Below, piece after piece: positions 54,001-64,000 of a stretch of 64,000 bases of DNA. The stretch is taken from the NCBI GenBank assembly GCA_002633005.1, contig NMRA01000270.1, positions 332,345 through 396,344 on the forward strand, in the 5' to 3' direction. A program made the translations under genes and the position numbers. The DNA comes from Phoronis australis. Its lineage: Eukaryota; Animalia; Phoronida. Each line of letters starts with the position of its first letter. The stretch's first letter is position 1. The notes beneath the pieces are model-generated. The model was not told the DNA's origin, did not search any database, and saw only the letters and a list, made by a program, of their open reading frames with translations.

Positions 54001-57000
54001 TTTGAGACCTGCGCTCACACTGACTAGGAAAACTACCACCTGGAAAAGCTGCACAAAGGCACGTAAGCATGGTTTGAAACATCTTAATTTGTTAAGCGAT
54101 TGGTAACAAAATCCTGCATCATTTTTGCTCGTCTCAGGTGGCAACTAAAATGAAACACTGCACCACTAACTTGATTTTCCAGATAAAAACAGACTAGAAA
54201 CAACTATTCTTTTTGGACTACTACACATAAAATTGTTTTCAAAATAAATTAGACAAACACAGAATGCTGTCAAACTTGGACGCATTTCTTGCACAAAATA
54301 TCAGACAGTTTGGTTAACTTTTGTGTAATAAAACAGCATTTTTATGGAACATCAGCCAAGAATTTAATGAGACGTTGGGTCTCGCCACAAAATGTTATGT
54401 GAATGGACTTGCCCGGTAAGTTGTGGTTGGACAACACATGTCGAGATTTTGTCAAGACTTGGCCAGAACTGAAAGTGTCCAAGTTGCAAAGAAATAGGCA
54501 CTTAATCACTGTTTCATGCATTGAAACAGTGAGTTTCGACGTCAATGACAAGATATAAAGCTTTATAGCGTCTTCTGGGCTTAACTCTTATCATTGTACA
54601 TTGTCTTTTTCATAACAAACATTAAAAAAGCATCAATGACAACTTAATTGCTTTTTTTATCTTATAATGTTTTATTATACTCTTTAAAGGGTTTTCTTCT
54701 TATCATTTTGTGTTTTCAACAATGTAGACTGAACGGACCCATTACGTAGAACGCTGAACTCTTGATCCCATTGTGGTCACTCAAATGTGATGTCCTTCTC
54801 ACTGCCCTTGACCAGTTATGACCAGCACAGTGTAAACACGGCCAACCCACCAACAGAGGGGAGCAGGCCAGCCAAGTTAAACACCTGCTGCCCTCATAAT
54901 GTGGTTCACTAAGACAACAAACAAGGCTGGCTGTACTCACTGGCTCCCCAGTTGAATGGTAACAACTCAACCACTATAACACCATGATTGGAATCCAAAA
55001 GAAATATTTCACAACTCATACATGACGTAGAATGTGGGACAAGAAAAAGAGACTAATACAGCGATACTAATTCCAAAAAGAAAGCGAAATACCAGTCTGA
55101 GAAAAAGCAGCAAGTCGGCAATGAATAATTTGCGAATCCTTTGACTGGGTGGACACGGTTTGAGGACATCAAAATGACATTACAAAAAGATTTCTATAGA
55201 TACCAATATGAATTATCCAACTCAAAATCAAAATCAAACAGAAAATGAGCAAACACTACTGCTTTGTCACCCATTTTTGTACCCCCCTCGAGACCTTTGT
55301 TTCACATAAGGAGATCCCTGAGCCTAATCCCTTGTTTAAACCAGAGACCTATCAACTGACAGCTTCTAGTTACAACTGAAACACAGACACAATTCTACTC
55401 TCATTGTTAGTGGTCATGTTTGTACAGACACCACAGAGGTCATAAGACAAGGGGCTCAGTCTAGCTTTGACCAAAACAGCCAAGCATTGTTGACAAACAT
55501 ACAATGCAGGGCTTATCCCCATCTACAGTGACACACCAGCAGACTCCCTGTCCACGCAACACACATCCCCGTGGCTGCGCGGCTGTGGAATCAGGCCTTT
55601 CATAGCCATGACTCATTGCGTACCCAGTCATACTGGGAAAAACTCAATAAAACCTGTGTTATTTTTTGTCAGCTATTTAACGATTTAGCCAATCATTCAG
55701 TCAATTAAGCAGAGACATCCTCTCACAATACTTTTTGATACTGAATGAAAACTGTTTGCTGAAGCCCCCTAGGTGCTTGTCGATAGAATATAAATGATGT
55801 TCCGAGTTTGACGAATGATTGAATTACCAAGCCACAAATACGTGTTGATTGAAAGGCAGGGCTGTCTCAGATTCAAACAGATCATCCTGTTAGCAGAGGA
55901 CTAACTCAGTGCTAAAAGTACGCATATCCTTTCTGTATGCTGAGAACATCCCATGCGCAAAATCTGCAAGAATGATGTCTTGCAGAAAACAACCGACACA
56001 AATATGACTTTTTATACACAATCCAGATGTTTGAGAACTTCCACTCCGCATAAAATGAATCATTTCAGTGCTTAAAAAAATTCTACGAAATGCAAACACA
56101 TAAACATCCAAAGTAATAGATGCTTAGAGTACTGTACATAGAAACTGATAGATGCTAAGAAAACTGAATACACTGACAGATGCTAAAGATACTGTACATC
56201 CAAACTGATAGATGGTCAGAATACTGTACGTGCATCCAAACTGATAGATGGTCAGAATACTGTACGTGCATCCAAACTGATAGATGGTCAGAATACTGTA
56301 CGTGCATCCAAACTGATAGATGGTCAGAATACTGTACGTGCATCCAAACTGAAAGATGGTCAGAATACTGTACGTGCATCCAAACTGATAGATGGTCAGA
56401 ATACTGTACGTGCATCCAAACTGATAGGTGCTAAGGATACTATACATCCAAACTGATAGATTTGCAAAGGATACTGTACATCCAAAGTTATAGAAGCTCA
56501 GGATACTATACATCCAAACTGATAGATTTGCAAAGGATAGTGTACATCCAAACTGATAGATGCAAAGGATAGTATACATCCAAAGTTATAGAAGTTAAGG
56601 GTACTATACATTCAAAGTGATAGATGCTACGAATACGGTACCTCCAAAGTGATAGATGCTAAAAATACTGACTTTTTCATTCATTGTGCACATGTTCACC
56701 CTCGTTCACTCAATGAAAGTGTAGTGAAAAACCCAAGTGTACCTGAAACTATAGACAATTCTGGGAACACTGTTTAGACAAAACTTCTTTTAGTCTTGAA
56801 GAAAAAAGCACATCACAGTTTTATGTTCAGAGCAGCTTTCAATGCCATGCAAATGCAATTTCGATATCTATCTTGTGAGAACATTAACACGACTGCTGTT
56901 GCGAATCAAGTCATCGTTAAAGTAACAAAGGGCTTGGTAACTTTCAATTGTGTGATCATCAACATTAGCTGTAAGTCAGCTTTAATTAGTACACCACCAT

Positions 57001-60000
57001 TAATGCCAAGAAAAATTGTGAAGTCAATTATATGCTTAAATAAATGGAGCTCCATAATGACTGGTGGTTGTAGCCCGGGGCAAACTATAACCTGCGTTCA
57101 CCTCGTAAGGAGAATAATACCACCACAGAGGCTAGCAATTAATTATAGATGGTTTCATCAATGATCGGTCATTGTAATAACTAGTTATTTCTATAGCACA
57201 GAGAGACATGAAAGTTGACCTTCACATGACGTCAAGGTGTATATTGAATCCTTTAAAGATAAATCACAGCACATCATACAAAAAAATACACCTAGTCATC
57301 ATTTTTCATGATTCCCATAGCACGTCTTCTCGAAAAAATCAAATTTCACCATGTGAATGGATTAAACTCTCAAATGCTAATAGGCAAGACCTTATAGATA
57401 ATTTGACTTTTCCAACATTTCCCAAAATCATCACCTCATAAGCTAAATGAAACCACATTTTGCTCAACTCCCAGATGTATTCGCACTCACGTTGAACAAA
57501 AAATCCATCAAACATAAATTTTCCAGTCAACTGCCAAATTACTAGGCTTGTTCCATGCAGATGTACACTGCACAGATTACCAATGATATATGGTGAATGT
57601 GTCAATTAAAATCTGACAGGATTGCCAATTAATAACCTGCTGATCACGTACAAATGAAAACTAATGGAAAAAGGGAAAATTACACAAATATATATAGATA
57701 TTGAGCGAAGACACAAAGAAAAGCTAAAGCAAAAATATCAGCGTCAGTAAAAATAGAGATTGCTGTCAAAATCGTGAATACAAAATATTCAAACTGAAAC
57801 TTAATTACTACGAAAGTATAACAAACTAAACCATACAAATTATTTAGAATTACAAGTTCACACTTGCAAACAACCTAATACACGTACCCACTTTTAAAAT
57901 GCCCAACAGGTGTCACTATGCACTGACTCAAACTAATCATGAAAGAAAAGGAATAACACTAGTCTTTCAGAAATGAGTTTCAACTAACTCGCCACCTATG
58001 GAGGAACATAGGAAAGTGTCGGCAAGAGTCTATAGTCAGACATGAAATCACCCGGTCAGTTCCAAATTGGACAAAACTACCTCACTGGTATGACACACTG
58101 ACCACCAATCACCTTGTGTGAATTCATCATTGAAATTTAGTGGTGAGGTCATGCATTTTAGTTGAAACCATATATGCACATGATTAAATTCACACCATGA
58201 CAAATATTGTCAAGACAACTACATTTCAACAAGCAAACAACCACAAGCTAATTTAATTCAGCATGATGTCATGTCCATTTACTTGTGATGATGTCACACC
58301 TTCCATGTGCACCCCCTATGAGCGAAAATGGCAACTACAACAGGACTCCTTGTGAATGTAATTTGGTACACTCGACTTCAGACCATCAACAAATCTACAA
58401 AATGACTTCCATACCAACGGATCCTGTCACACCAAATCAGTTTTCAGCATGCCCTCAAAAATGGGGACAAAACCGAAATAGAACTGACTAACTGCAGCAT
58501 AAATTACAAGGACAGCCTCCCATTAGATGCATGTTTTTGGCCAGTTACCTGATGTGTCCACAGCCCATTTCATCAAAATGTTAGAGAAGTTGACTAAAAA
58601 CAACCTTCGAGCGACAAGGTCTAAAAGTGACGTTTTATTCAGGGTGGCGCTGTAGGCAGCTTCAACATACTATCAAACCAAACTACAAGTAGATCTCTTA
58701 TCAGTTGTTTATTTAACAAAATCAGTCTGTGACTTATTTTAAAAGCAGCCGGTCATTGGAAAGCAGACGGTCATTGGAAAGCAGACGGCGGTTATCGGAA
58801 ACAGACGGTCAGTGGAAGGCAGTCATTGGAAAGCAGAGGGTCAGTGGAAAATTTCCCTGCCTGCTGCTCATTCTCAGCAGGTGTTCTCACGACACCACAG
58901 GCTCTGGTTATCACTGGCTGGTTGCAAACAGACAGTTTATGTATTTAAACATTAATACATAGACATTCAAAGTAATCAGGAACGCAGCGGGAAAGGTCAA
59001 AGTCACAATAGCAAGTGGGTGACAATAAAAGAGACTACTTTAAAAAAATAGCCCCTGAAACAGAGAGAGCAGAAACTGGCTTTCTGAAAACTAAGATACC
59101 CACAAGTGGCCAGCAAGGCAGTTGTTTTCGAAAACAAATTACAAATAGATGATGTGGTCAGAAACATTTTTGAAACGGTTCAACAGTACGCTCCCTTCAA
59201 TAAATGTTACACAAACGTACAGTGCAGAACTTGTGAAAATAGTGTCTGCCCTTCTCCTACAGCCTTGGTCATTATAAACGTCTGTGAGATAGATAACCCT
59301 TTGTACCAACCTTTGTGGTATAACTCCAAAATTTGTATAGACAGTAGTCCAGTTTTTTGGAACGAGTGGTTTCATAAGAGTATATGATACGTATATGATT
59401 TAATTGACCCTGATAAAGGATATATTTATGATTATCATACCTTTGGTACACGTTTTCAATTTTGCCCTTGTATTACTCATTTTGGAATTCGAAGTTCAAT
59501 TCTTCGTTCTTGGAATCATCTAAGAGACAAGAGTACTATTTCACTCCATTTTTTCCAGAACATATTTTTCGAATCTCCTCAGAAAATAAAGGGACGGGGA
59601 AAAGCTATCAATTATTCATTTCCAAACTGTATGTAACACCTGTCGCGGAATTGAAGTGGGAGAGAGAAATTAACTTATGCGATGATACTCAGTCTTGGAA
59701 AAAAATTCATTCTGTAATTTATCATTGTACTTCTGATGTCAGACACAGATGGTTTCAATTCCGTATCAACCACAGACTTATTGGTACAAACTCTTATTTA
59801 AAGAAAATAGGCGTTAGTGAATCGTCTTTGCGTTATTTCTGTGAGCAACACAAAGAAACAATTCTACATTTGTATTGTGAATGTTCAGTTTTGGGGATGT
59901 TTAAAAACATGGATGATAAATCAGAGCGATTTCCCTCTGCAGTTAAATATGTCTACTGCCTTATTCAGAGATCCAGCCTGTAGATTAGAAGTTGTACATT

Positions 60001-62202
60001 CAATTCTTTGCTTAGCGAAATTTCACTTATATAGGCAAAGACTGCAAAAGGTTAAGCCCAATTTTCAATCATTTTTATATAAGGAATGTGATTACCATAA
60101 TCTGGAAAAAATACTAACAATTATAAACTGGATGCTGAGAGATTCCAGGTAAGGTGGTCTTCTTTTTTGCCTAGCAACTAGCTTTTATACGCTTCGATAA
60201 TGTTCGTAATTTGTTTGATGTACTTGACCAGATTTCATATTTCTGTACATCTATGTACTGGTTGGTTGAATTAATAAATGTTTCATTCAAAAAAAACAAG
60301 AGCAACACAGAGCCTTGAAATGCGCCCGCAAATGCACCACATATGGTGTGCCTAGAGTTATTTATCTGTATCATATAAATGGCCAAAACGTCCAATCCAT
60401 AAGAAAACGAAACATGCCATCGCTTTTTCAATAGAAAGCTATTTACTAAATTTCATAAAAATCTGACAAAGAACTTAAGAGAAACAAAAGAGAACAGAAA
60501 AAATATTTAACTGCCACTAGGGGGCACAACGTCCGCCTGAAAGTCGTCATCTATTGTTAGTTTCCTTTAAATCCACTTACTAAATTCAATAAAGATCCAG
60601 CAGTAGGTTTACTAGATATAGCTATGGATGCAAAACAAAACAAAACCACCACTAGGAGGCGCCACAGTAGTAAGCCATCGGAAAATCATTGTCAGCTATC
60701 CTTTTCATAGTAAGAACACACATGCCAATTTTCACAATCATACTTAGAGCAGTTTGGTTAATAGAGGGGTGGACGTCAAAAAACAGACTCAAAACAGTAT
60801 AAACGGCCACTAGGTTGCGCAAACTATGTCGAATCCACCCAAAAACAAGAAGATAGTGTCATCTCACTAATAGCTGCCTATATTCAAAATTTTGTGAAAA
60901 TACGTTGAGGACTTCCGAAGATGCTAAAATTGCCACTAGGGGGCACACCGGTAGTCGGAGAGATCCGAAATTTGTTGTCATCCCTCGTCAGCTTGATAGG
61001 AACACATCTACCAAATCTCATCAAGATCCTGTGAGGGGTTTAGGAGATACAGCTGCGGATGCCGGACGATGGACGCCCAGAGAGAGATGACAGCAATATG
61101 CGACCACAAATATGTGGGCGCGTAAAAAAACTTCTCAGTCAGATGTTAATTTGGCCAACTTAAAATGTCAGGTGCTTATTGGAACTGGCGCGCCCTTGTT
61201 TCCTGCACACGTCCGATGCAATTTAGGCCCAGGACCATCTGCATCCTCATAGACACTGCTGCATTCACGTTTTATTTCTGACAATGTCCAACATAGTTAC
61301 GACTGATATGGGATGCACATGTGACTTACCTTCAAGAAACATCACATTCTTGAATGACTCCTGCAACTTGTTAAGAAGCACTATGACAAAATTGTCACTG
61401 GTCAGCACCTCCGGATTGACAGAGCATTGGTCGTAGACAACGATCTCAAAGTCTTCGTCGGGCAGGAACTGGCAAGACTGACTGAGAAGGTCTTTGATGC
61501 AAATCTACAACAAGAGTCACTTAGGAATACAAGATCATAAGGAACTGGTACGATGGGCTGAGAAGGTCTTTGATACAAATCTACAAGAGTGATTTAGGAT
61601 TAAAGGATCATTAGGCTGGCTCACACTCACAGACATAGCATAACATAAAAGTGAGCCATATAACCATGTGAACATAGTATGCAGAAGAGTAACTTAGTGA
61701 TTCTGTCAGCGAGAAAGGTATGTTGCTCAGCAAATATGGGATTTGCATGGGAAACAATAGGGTTTGTCCAGCAAAACTGTGAAGTGGGAATGCCTTAAAT
61801 CCTACTCCCATTACAAATATGGGTTGCAACACGTCTTGTACAGGGAAGGTTAAACACATTCCAGTGAGAGCAATTGTTAGAAATCGAGTTCAATCGCTGC
61901 GATAATGTATGACATCAGGTATTTAGTTCTGCAATAAGACCGCCACGATCACATGATAAATTCGATGATGCAGAGATCGTTTCTCATATCAGTAAGGAAC
62001 AAGTTGAGACCACAACTCAACTGTTTGTTTCTTTGAAGGCACCATGGATTTATACCAGTTTTTGAGTTTGTACAATCTAAGAGGGTTTCACCTTTCCTTG
62101 TTGTAGCCTTCTCTTGACCAACTTAGAACAACACACATTGACAGACTTGTGGATGTTGGACGTGTTGAACTCCAAGAAGGACCGGCTGTCAATCAGCAGA
62201 AA
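24426..62202 (-). CDS. DUSP16: Dual-specificity MAP kinase phosphatase, DUSP8/DUSP16 (MKP-7) co-ortholog; N-terminal exon not resolved
   Basis: Rhodanese/KIM domain (LLIDSRSFLEFN..CSKLVKRRLQQ, IVVYDQ, GGFLEF), DSP domain (GPTKILSFLFLGSQQD, GIGYVLNVS, FLRIPVNDNY, HCVAGISRSPTLAIAYLM, YVKEKRPTISPNFNFLGQLLEYE), long Ser-rich tail and family-typical C-terminus GSLEIIQVS* (cf. DUSP16 GSMEIIEVS). Six exons, all phase-consistent, total 1866 nt. Confidence 0.93.
25930..26053 (-). CDS. DUSP16: DUSP8/16 exon (catalytic HCxxGxxR loop)
   Basis: ttccag| (E)KVREANGCVIIHCVAGISRSPTLAIAYLMTHLNMSMDEAY |gtaaga; phase 1->2. Confidence 0.95.
27433..27580 (-). CDS. DUSP16: DUSP8/16 exon (DSP domain, general-acid Asp region)
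   Basis: tgctag| VNGIGYVLNVSISSPKPSHVQDSHFLRIPVNDNYCAKLLPYFHQAFQFI |gtaagg; phase 0->1. Confidence 0.94.
28829..29022 (-). CDS. DUSP16: DUSP8/16 exon (end of rhodanese / start of DSP)
   Basis: ttacag| (G)GFLEFQASHPKLC...SVSQPCLSATNSEGPTKILSFLFLGSQQDALSKETAE |gtaaat; phase 1->0. Confidence 0.94.
29040..29240. repeat. ~30-bp degenerate tandem repeat adjacent to a DUSP acceptor
   Basis: GGCATCACGGTGAAACAATGAACACAGGTA-like units, about 6-7 copies. Confidence 0.8.
32975..33105. repeat. (CA)n / (CACG)n microsatellite
   Basis: Interrupted CA and CACG runs. Confidence 0.9.
39704..39783. repeat. Exact 39-bp tandem duplication
   Basis: CAGACTACCATCATTTGTGATGGAGACTATTGTTTCACA x2. Confidence 0.95.
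42568..42638. mobile_element. 71-bp TTAA-bounded mini inverted-repeat element
   Basis: TTAAAGCTGCATTTTTCC ... GGATAAATGCAGCTTTAA (17/18 inverted match). Confidence 0.5.
47872..47962. repeat. 23-bp tandem repeat x4
   Basis: GACAAGAAAGTCATCTTTGGG(T/C)A. Confidence 0.95.
48634..48734. repeat. Perfect 48-bp inverted repeat with 5-nt loop
   Basis: AAAAAGCGAGAGAAGTTACTTACTAGTTACTTTCGTGATACATACCTA-ACTTC-TAGGTATGTATCACGAAAGTAACTAGTAAGTAACTTCTCTCGCTTTTT. Confidence 0.97.
56128..56670. repeat. Composite 32-33/36-bp minisatellite
   Basis: A homogeneous 36-bp core (GAATACTGTACGTGCATCCAAACTGATAGATGGTCA, about 5-6 copies) flanked by diverged shorter units lacking CGTG. Confidence 0.93.
58745..58850. repeat. 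~18-bp degenerate tandem repeat
   Basis: GGAAAGCAGACGGTCA(T/G)T-like units. Confidence 0.75.
59050..60296 (+). mobile_element. 5'-truncated, decayed L1/Tx1-type LINE (ORF2 C-terminus with zf-RVT), antisense to DUSP
   Basis: Broken frames read QPLWYNSKICID..VFWNEWFHKSI*YVYDLID, KWEREINL..WKKIH..RWFQFRINHRLIGTNSYLKKIG..FCEQHKETILHLYCEC and ILCLAKFHLYR. AATAAA at 60273 and A-tail at 60289-60296. The 5' edge is approximate. Confidence 0.85.
60293..61130 (+). mobile_element. Helentron-associated non-autonomous element (HINE/DINE-like) with internal repeats
   Basis: Starts AAAACAAGAG in an A-run. 5' motif ATGCGCCCGC (60320) is complementary to the 3' arm of the terminal hairpin GCGACCAC-AAATAT-GTGGGCGC (61100-61121), which is followed by an A-run. 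GGAC-type microsatellite lies near the 3' end, and four internal units each contain CCACTAGG. Confidence 0.65.
61330..61504 (-). CDS. DUSP16: DUSP8/16 exon (rhodanese C-half)
   Basis: ttgtag| ICIKDLLSQSCQFLPDEDFEIVVYDQCSVNPEVLTSDNFVIVLLNKLQESFKNVMFLE |gtaagt; phase 0->1. Confidence 0.92.
61463..61612. repeat. ~76-bp tandem duplication spanning a DUSP splice acceptor
   Basis: AGGAACTGG..CTGAGAAGGTCTTTGAT(G/A)CAAATCTACAA..GAGT..TTAGGA..GATCAT occurs at 61463-61539 and again at 61540-61612. Confidence 0.85.
62092..62202 (-). CDS. DUSP16: DUSP8/16 exon (rhodanese N-half, KIM)
   Basis: tttttcag| FLLIDSRSFLEFNTSNIHKSVNVCCSKLVKRRLQQGK |gtgaaa; phase 0->0. Confidence 0.93.
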
Positions 62203-62814
62203 CTGAAAAAGAAGAAATTTACATCAGCTGAGCATAGGACACAGTAAACAGCAAGACACACCAGTCAACGCTGCGACTGCATAAACTGTGATCACTAACA
62301 AAAAGCATCCTAACCATGGTATTTTTAATTACGTTAGGAAAAAAACACGATTGGTCTCATTGTTTAACGAAAAAAGCATCCCCCTGCATCACTTTCCGGA
62401 AGCTCTGGACTGCTAAATCTGGAAAAAGAACAAAAATGTGTAGGACTAAAAACACCACAGCAATTCTCAAAAAACAGACCAGAGCTAATTATGCTCTTTT
62501 TGTCCTTATTATTGGTGTGGCCTTAAAGGTGCTGGAACTGCTAGAAAAATAACCTTGATAGTGCAATAGCGGGATATTACGTGACCATATTTTGAGAACC
62601 AGTTTCCAAAATGCAGTTTAGTTAAAGCTGCTATAAAACCCTCTGGGGTTCTGCAAGTTTATAAACATTCATTGACTAAAACCCATTGTTAGCCTGCTAG
62701 CTGAGAATGTCCACCCTTCAACATCCATTTTTGTTTTAAAAGAATGCGATAACAAACTGCTGGCAAAAAAAATCCTACGGCCACAGCACGCCCGTCACTG
62801 AAAAACTGCAAGCA

Positions 62815-62908
62815 TTTTAACCACCCATGTGAACGTAGTAATTGTTTTAACCACCCATGTGAACGTGGTAATTGCTTTAACCACTCATGTGAATGAGGTA
62901 CTTGTTTT
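62815..62908. repeat. 30-bp tandem repeat x3
   Basis: TTTTAACCACCCATGTGAACGTAGTAATTG-like units. Confidence 0.9.
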
Positions 62909-63199
62909 GTTCGATCATTGTTTCGACCATTCGTAGATCATTAGAATGTGGTGCTTGTTTCGACTCAAACCAGACAGGAAGGTATGTCATGGCCTTGTCA
63001 TGGCTACAGTCCCCTTGTATTGAACAAGTATTGACCACTTTCATTTGCTATCAATTCAATCCAGGTTTTTCAACCTCTGCTGTTGTCACCTGTTTTTGTC
63101 AACCATATATTGCATCTGTCTGGACTTTCACATATTAAAACTCCCATCAATACTCAAGGAGAAAACACTCTAACCCTGAGAAATATGATTCAGAATGTC

Positions 63200-63960
63200 T
63201 AAAAAACTGTCCACTACGCAGGCGGGTGAAGAGAGAAATAACCGAACACCACAGGAAGCCTTGAGTTGCCCACCGTCCATCACAACCGATAGAATGTCCC
63301 CTTAGCCATACGGTAAAGTCGCGTGATTTTCGGACGGCCCGCCATTTTCGACCAAGAATAAATATTTCCGAAATGAGTTTTTCATGGTCCACGAAATTCG
63401 TACAAGGTCCAAAAACTGTTTTTCAATGATCCTCGAATTTCGGACAATGTCATAAACGTCGGATTTTTGTCCCGCGACTTTCGGACAAGGAAAATTTTAG
63501 AAACGCTAATTTAGGATCGACGCAACTCCCGTGTCACTAAAGCGTTCAACGGATGATTACTACTCGATAAGGCTTGAATCTGAGAATTGGGGTAACGGGC
63601 TTTGTAATTTTTACCTTGTCTTGACGATGTCATGACCGTTACTCGATTGTCTTGCGTTTAGCTTGAGTTTGGCGCTTTAGCTATGAAAAAAGTCACCGAG
63701 TCTCGCATGACGAAAATTTCTGATGAAAATACAAATGGGAAATACACGGAAGGCTGCAGTTTTTCGTTGTAGCGTAACATGTGCTCTGGTTTAATTAGAC
63801 CGTGTTGTTCAACTTCCGACTGTGACATTGAACTTGCACGCCTCAACTTGCGTGTTTACGAAGCGTTTTTATTTTTAAAACGTCCTGGCCTTTGCAAATG
63901 CCCTTGTTAGTGGCTAAAATCTCCCGACGACGTGTCTGGATTTTATTCTTGACGTGATGA
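63200..63960 (-). promoter_or_regulatory. CpG-rich putative promoter / first-exon region of the DUSP gene
   Basis: CpG density is visibly higher than in the introns. There is a minus-strand donor AAG|GTAAAA at 63614, 1.4 kb upstream of the first traced coding exon. Inference only. Confidence 0.45.
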
Positions 63961-64000
63961 GAAATATTTTTTGTTTAGGCCCCCATACACAATAGGTCAC

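Noticed and set aside
29300-58700. Nested protein-coding gene in the 32-kb DUSP intron
   Set aside because: The listed ORFs are short, lack recognisable domains and do not form a phase-consistent exon chain.
63147-63392. 81-aa minus-strand ORF as the DUSP N-terminal exon
   Set aside because: No similarity to MKP N-termini and no convincing phase-0 donor.

Overview
This is eukaryotic, AT-rich, intron-rich animal DNA. The repeat landscape suggests a marine invertebrate such as a mollusc, but the species cannot be determined from sequence alone. There are two convergent protein-coding genes. (1) ARMC2 (armadillo-repeat protein; radial-spoke/IFT adaptor family) lies on + at 4797-22151. I traced 18 coding exons by splice site and phase. 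One intron is GC-AG, and one conserved ~100-nt exon is absent from the assembled sequence. (2) A DUSP8/DUSP16-type MAP-kinase phosphatase lies on -, with 6 traced coding exons at 62202-24426, a 32.3-kb intron and an unresolved first exon/promoter near 63-64 kb. The introns hold two decayed THAP-domain DNA transposons, an L1/Tx1-type LINE fragment, a Helentron-like non-autonomous element carrying CTCF-like motifs, a tRNA-derived dimer and several minisatellites. A ~1.24-kb duplication around an N-gap looks like two haplotypes (empty versus filled insertion site). The most unusual local structures are a perfect 48-bp inverted repeat at 48634-48734, a duplicated decoy splice acceptor in the DUSP gene, a Cys-rich intronic ORF and an excess of AP-1 sites in the DUSP introns. 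I found no convincing evidence of a wholly new multi-gene system. Protein comparisons are to human sequences recalled from memory, not database searches.
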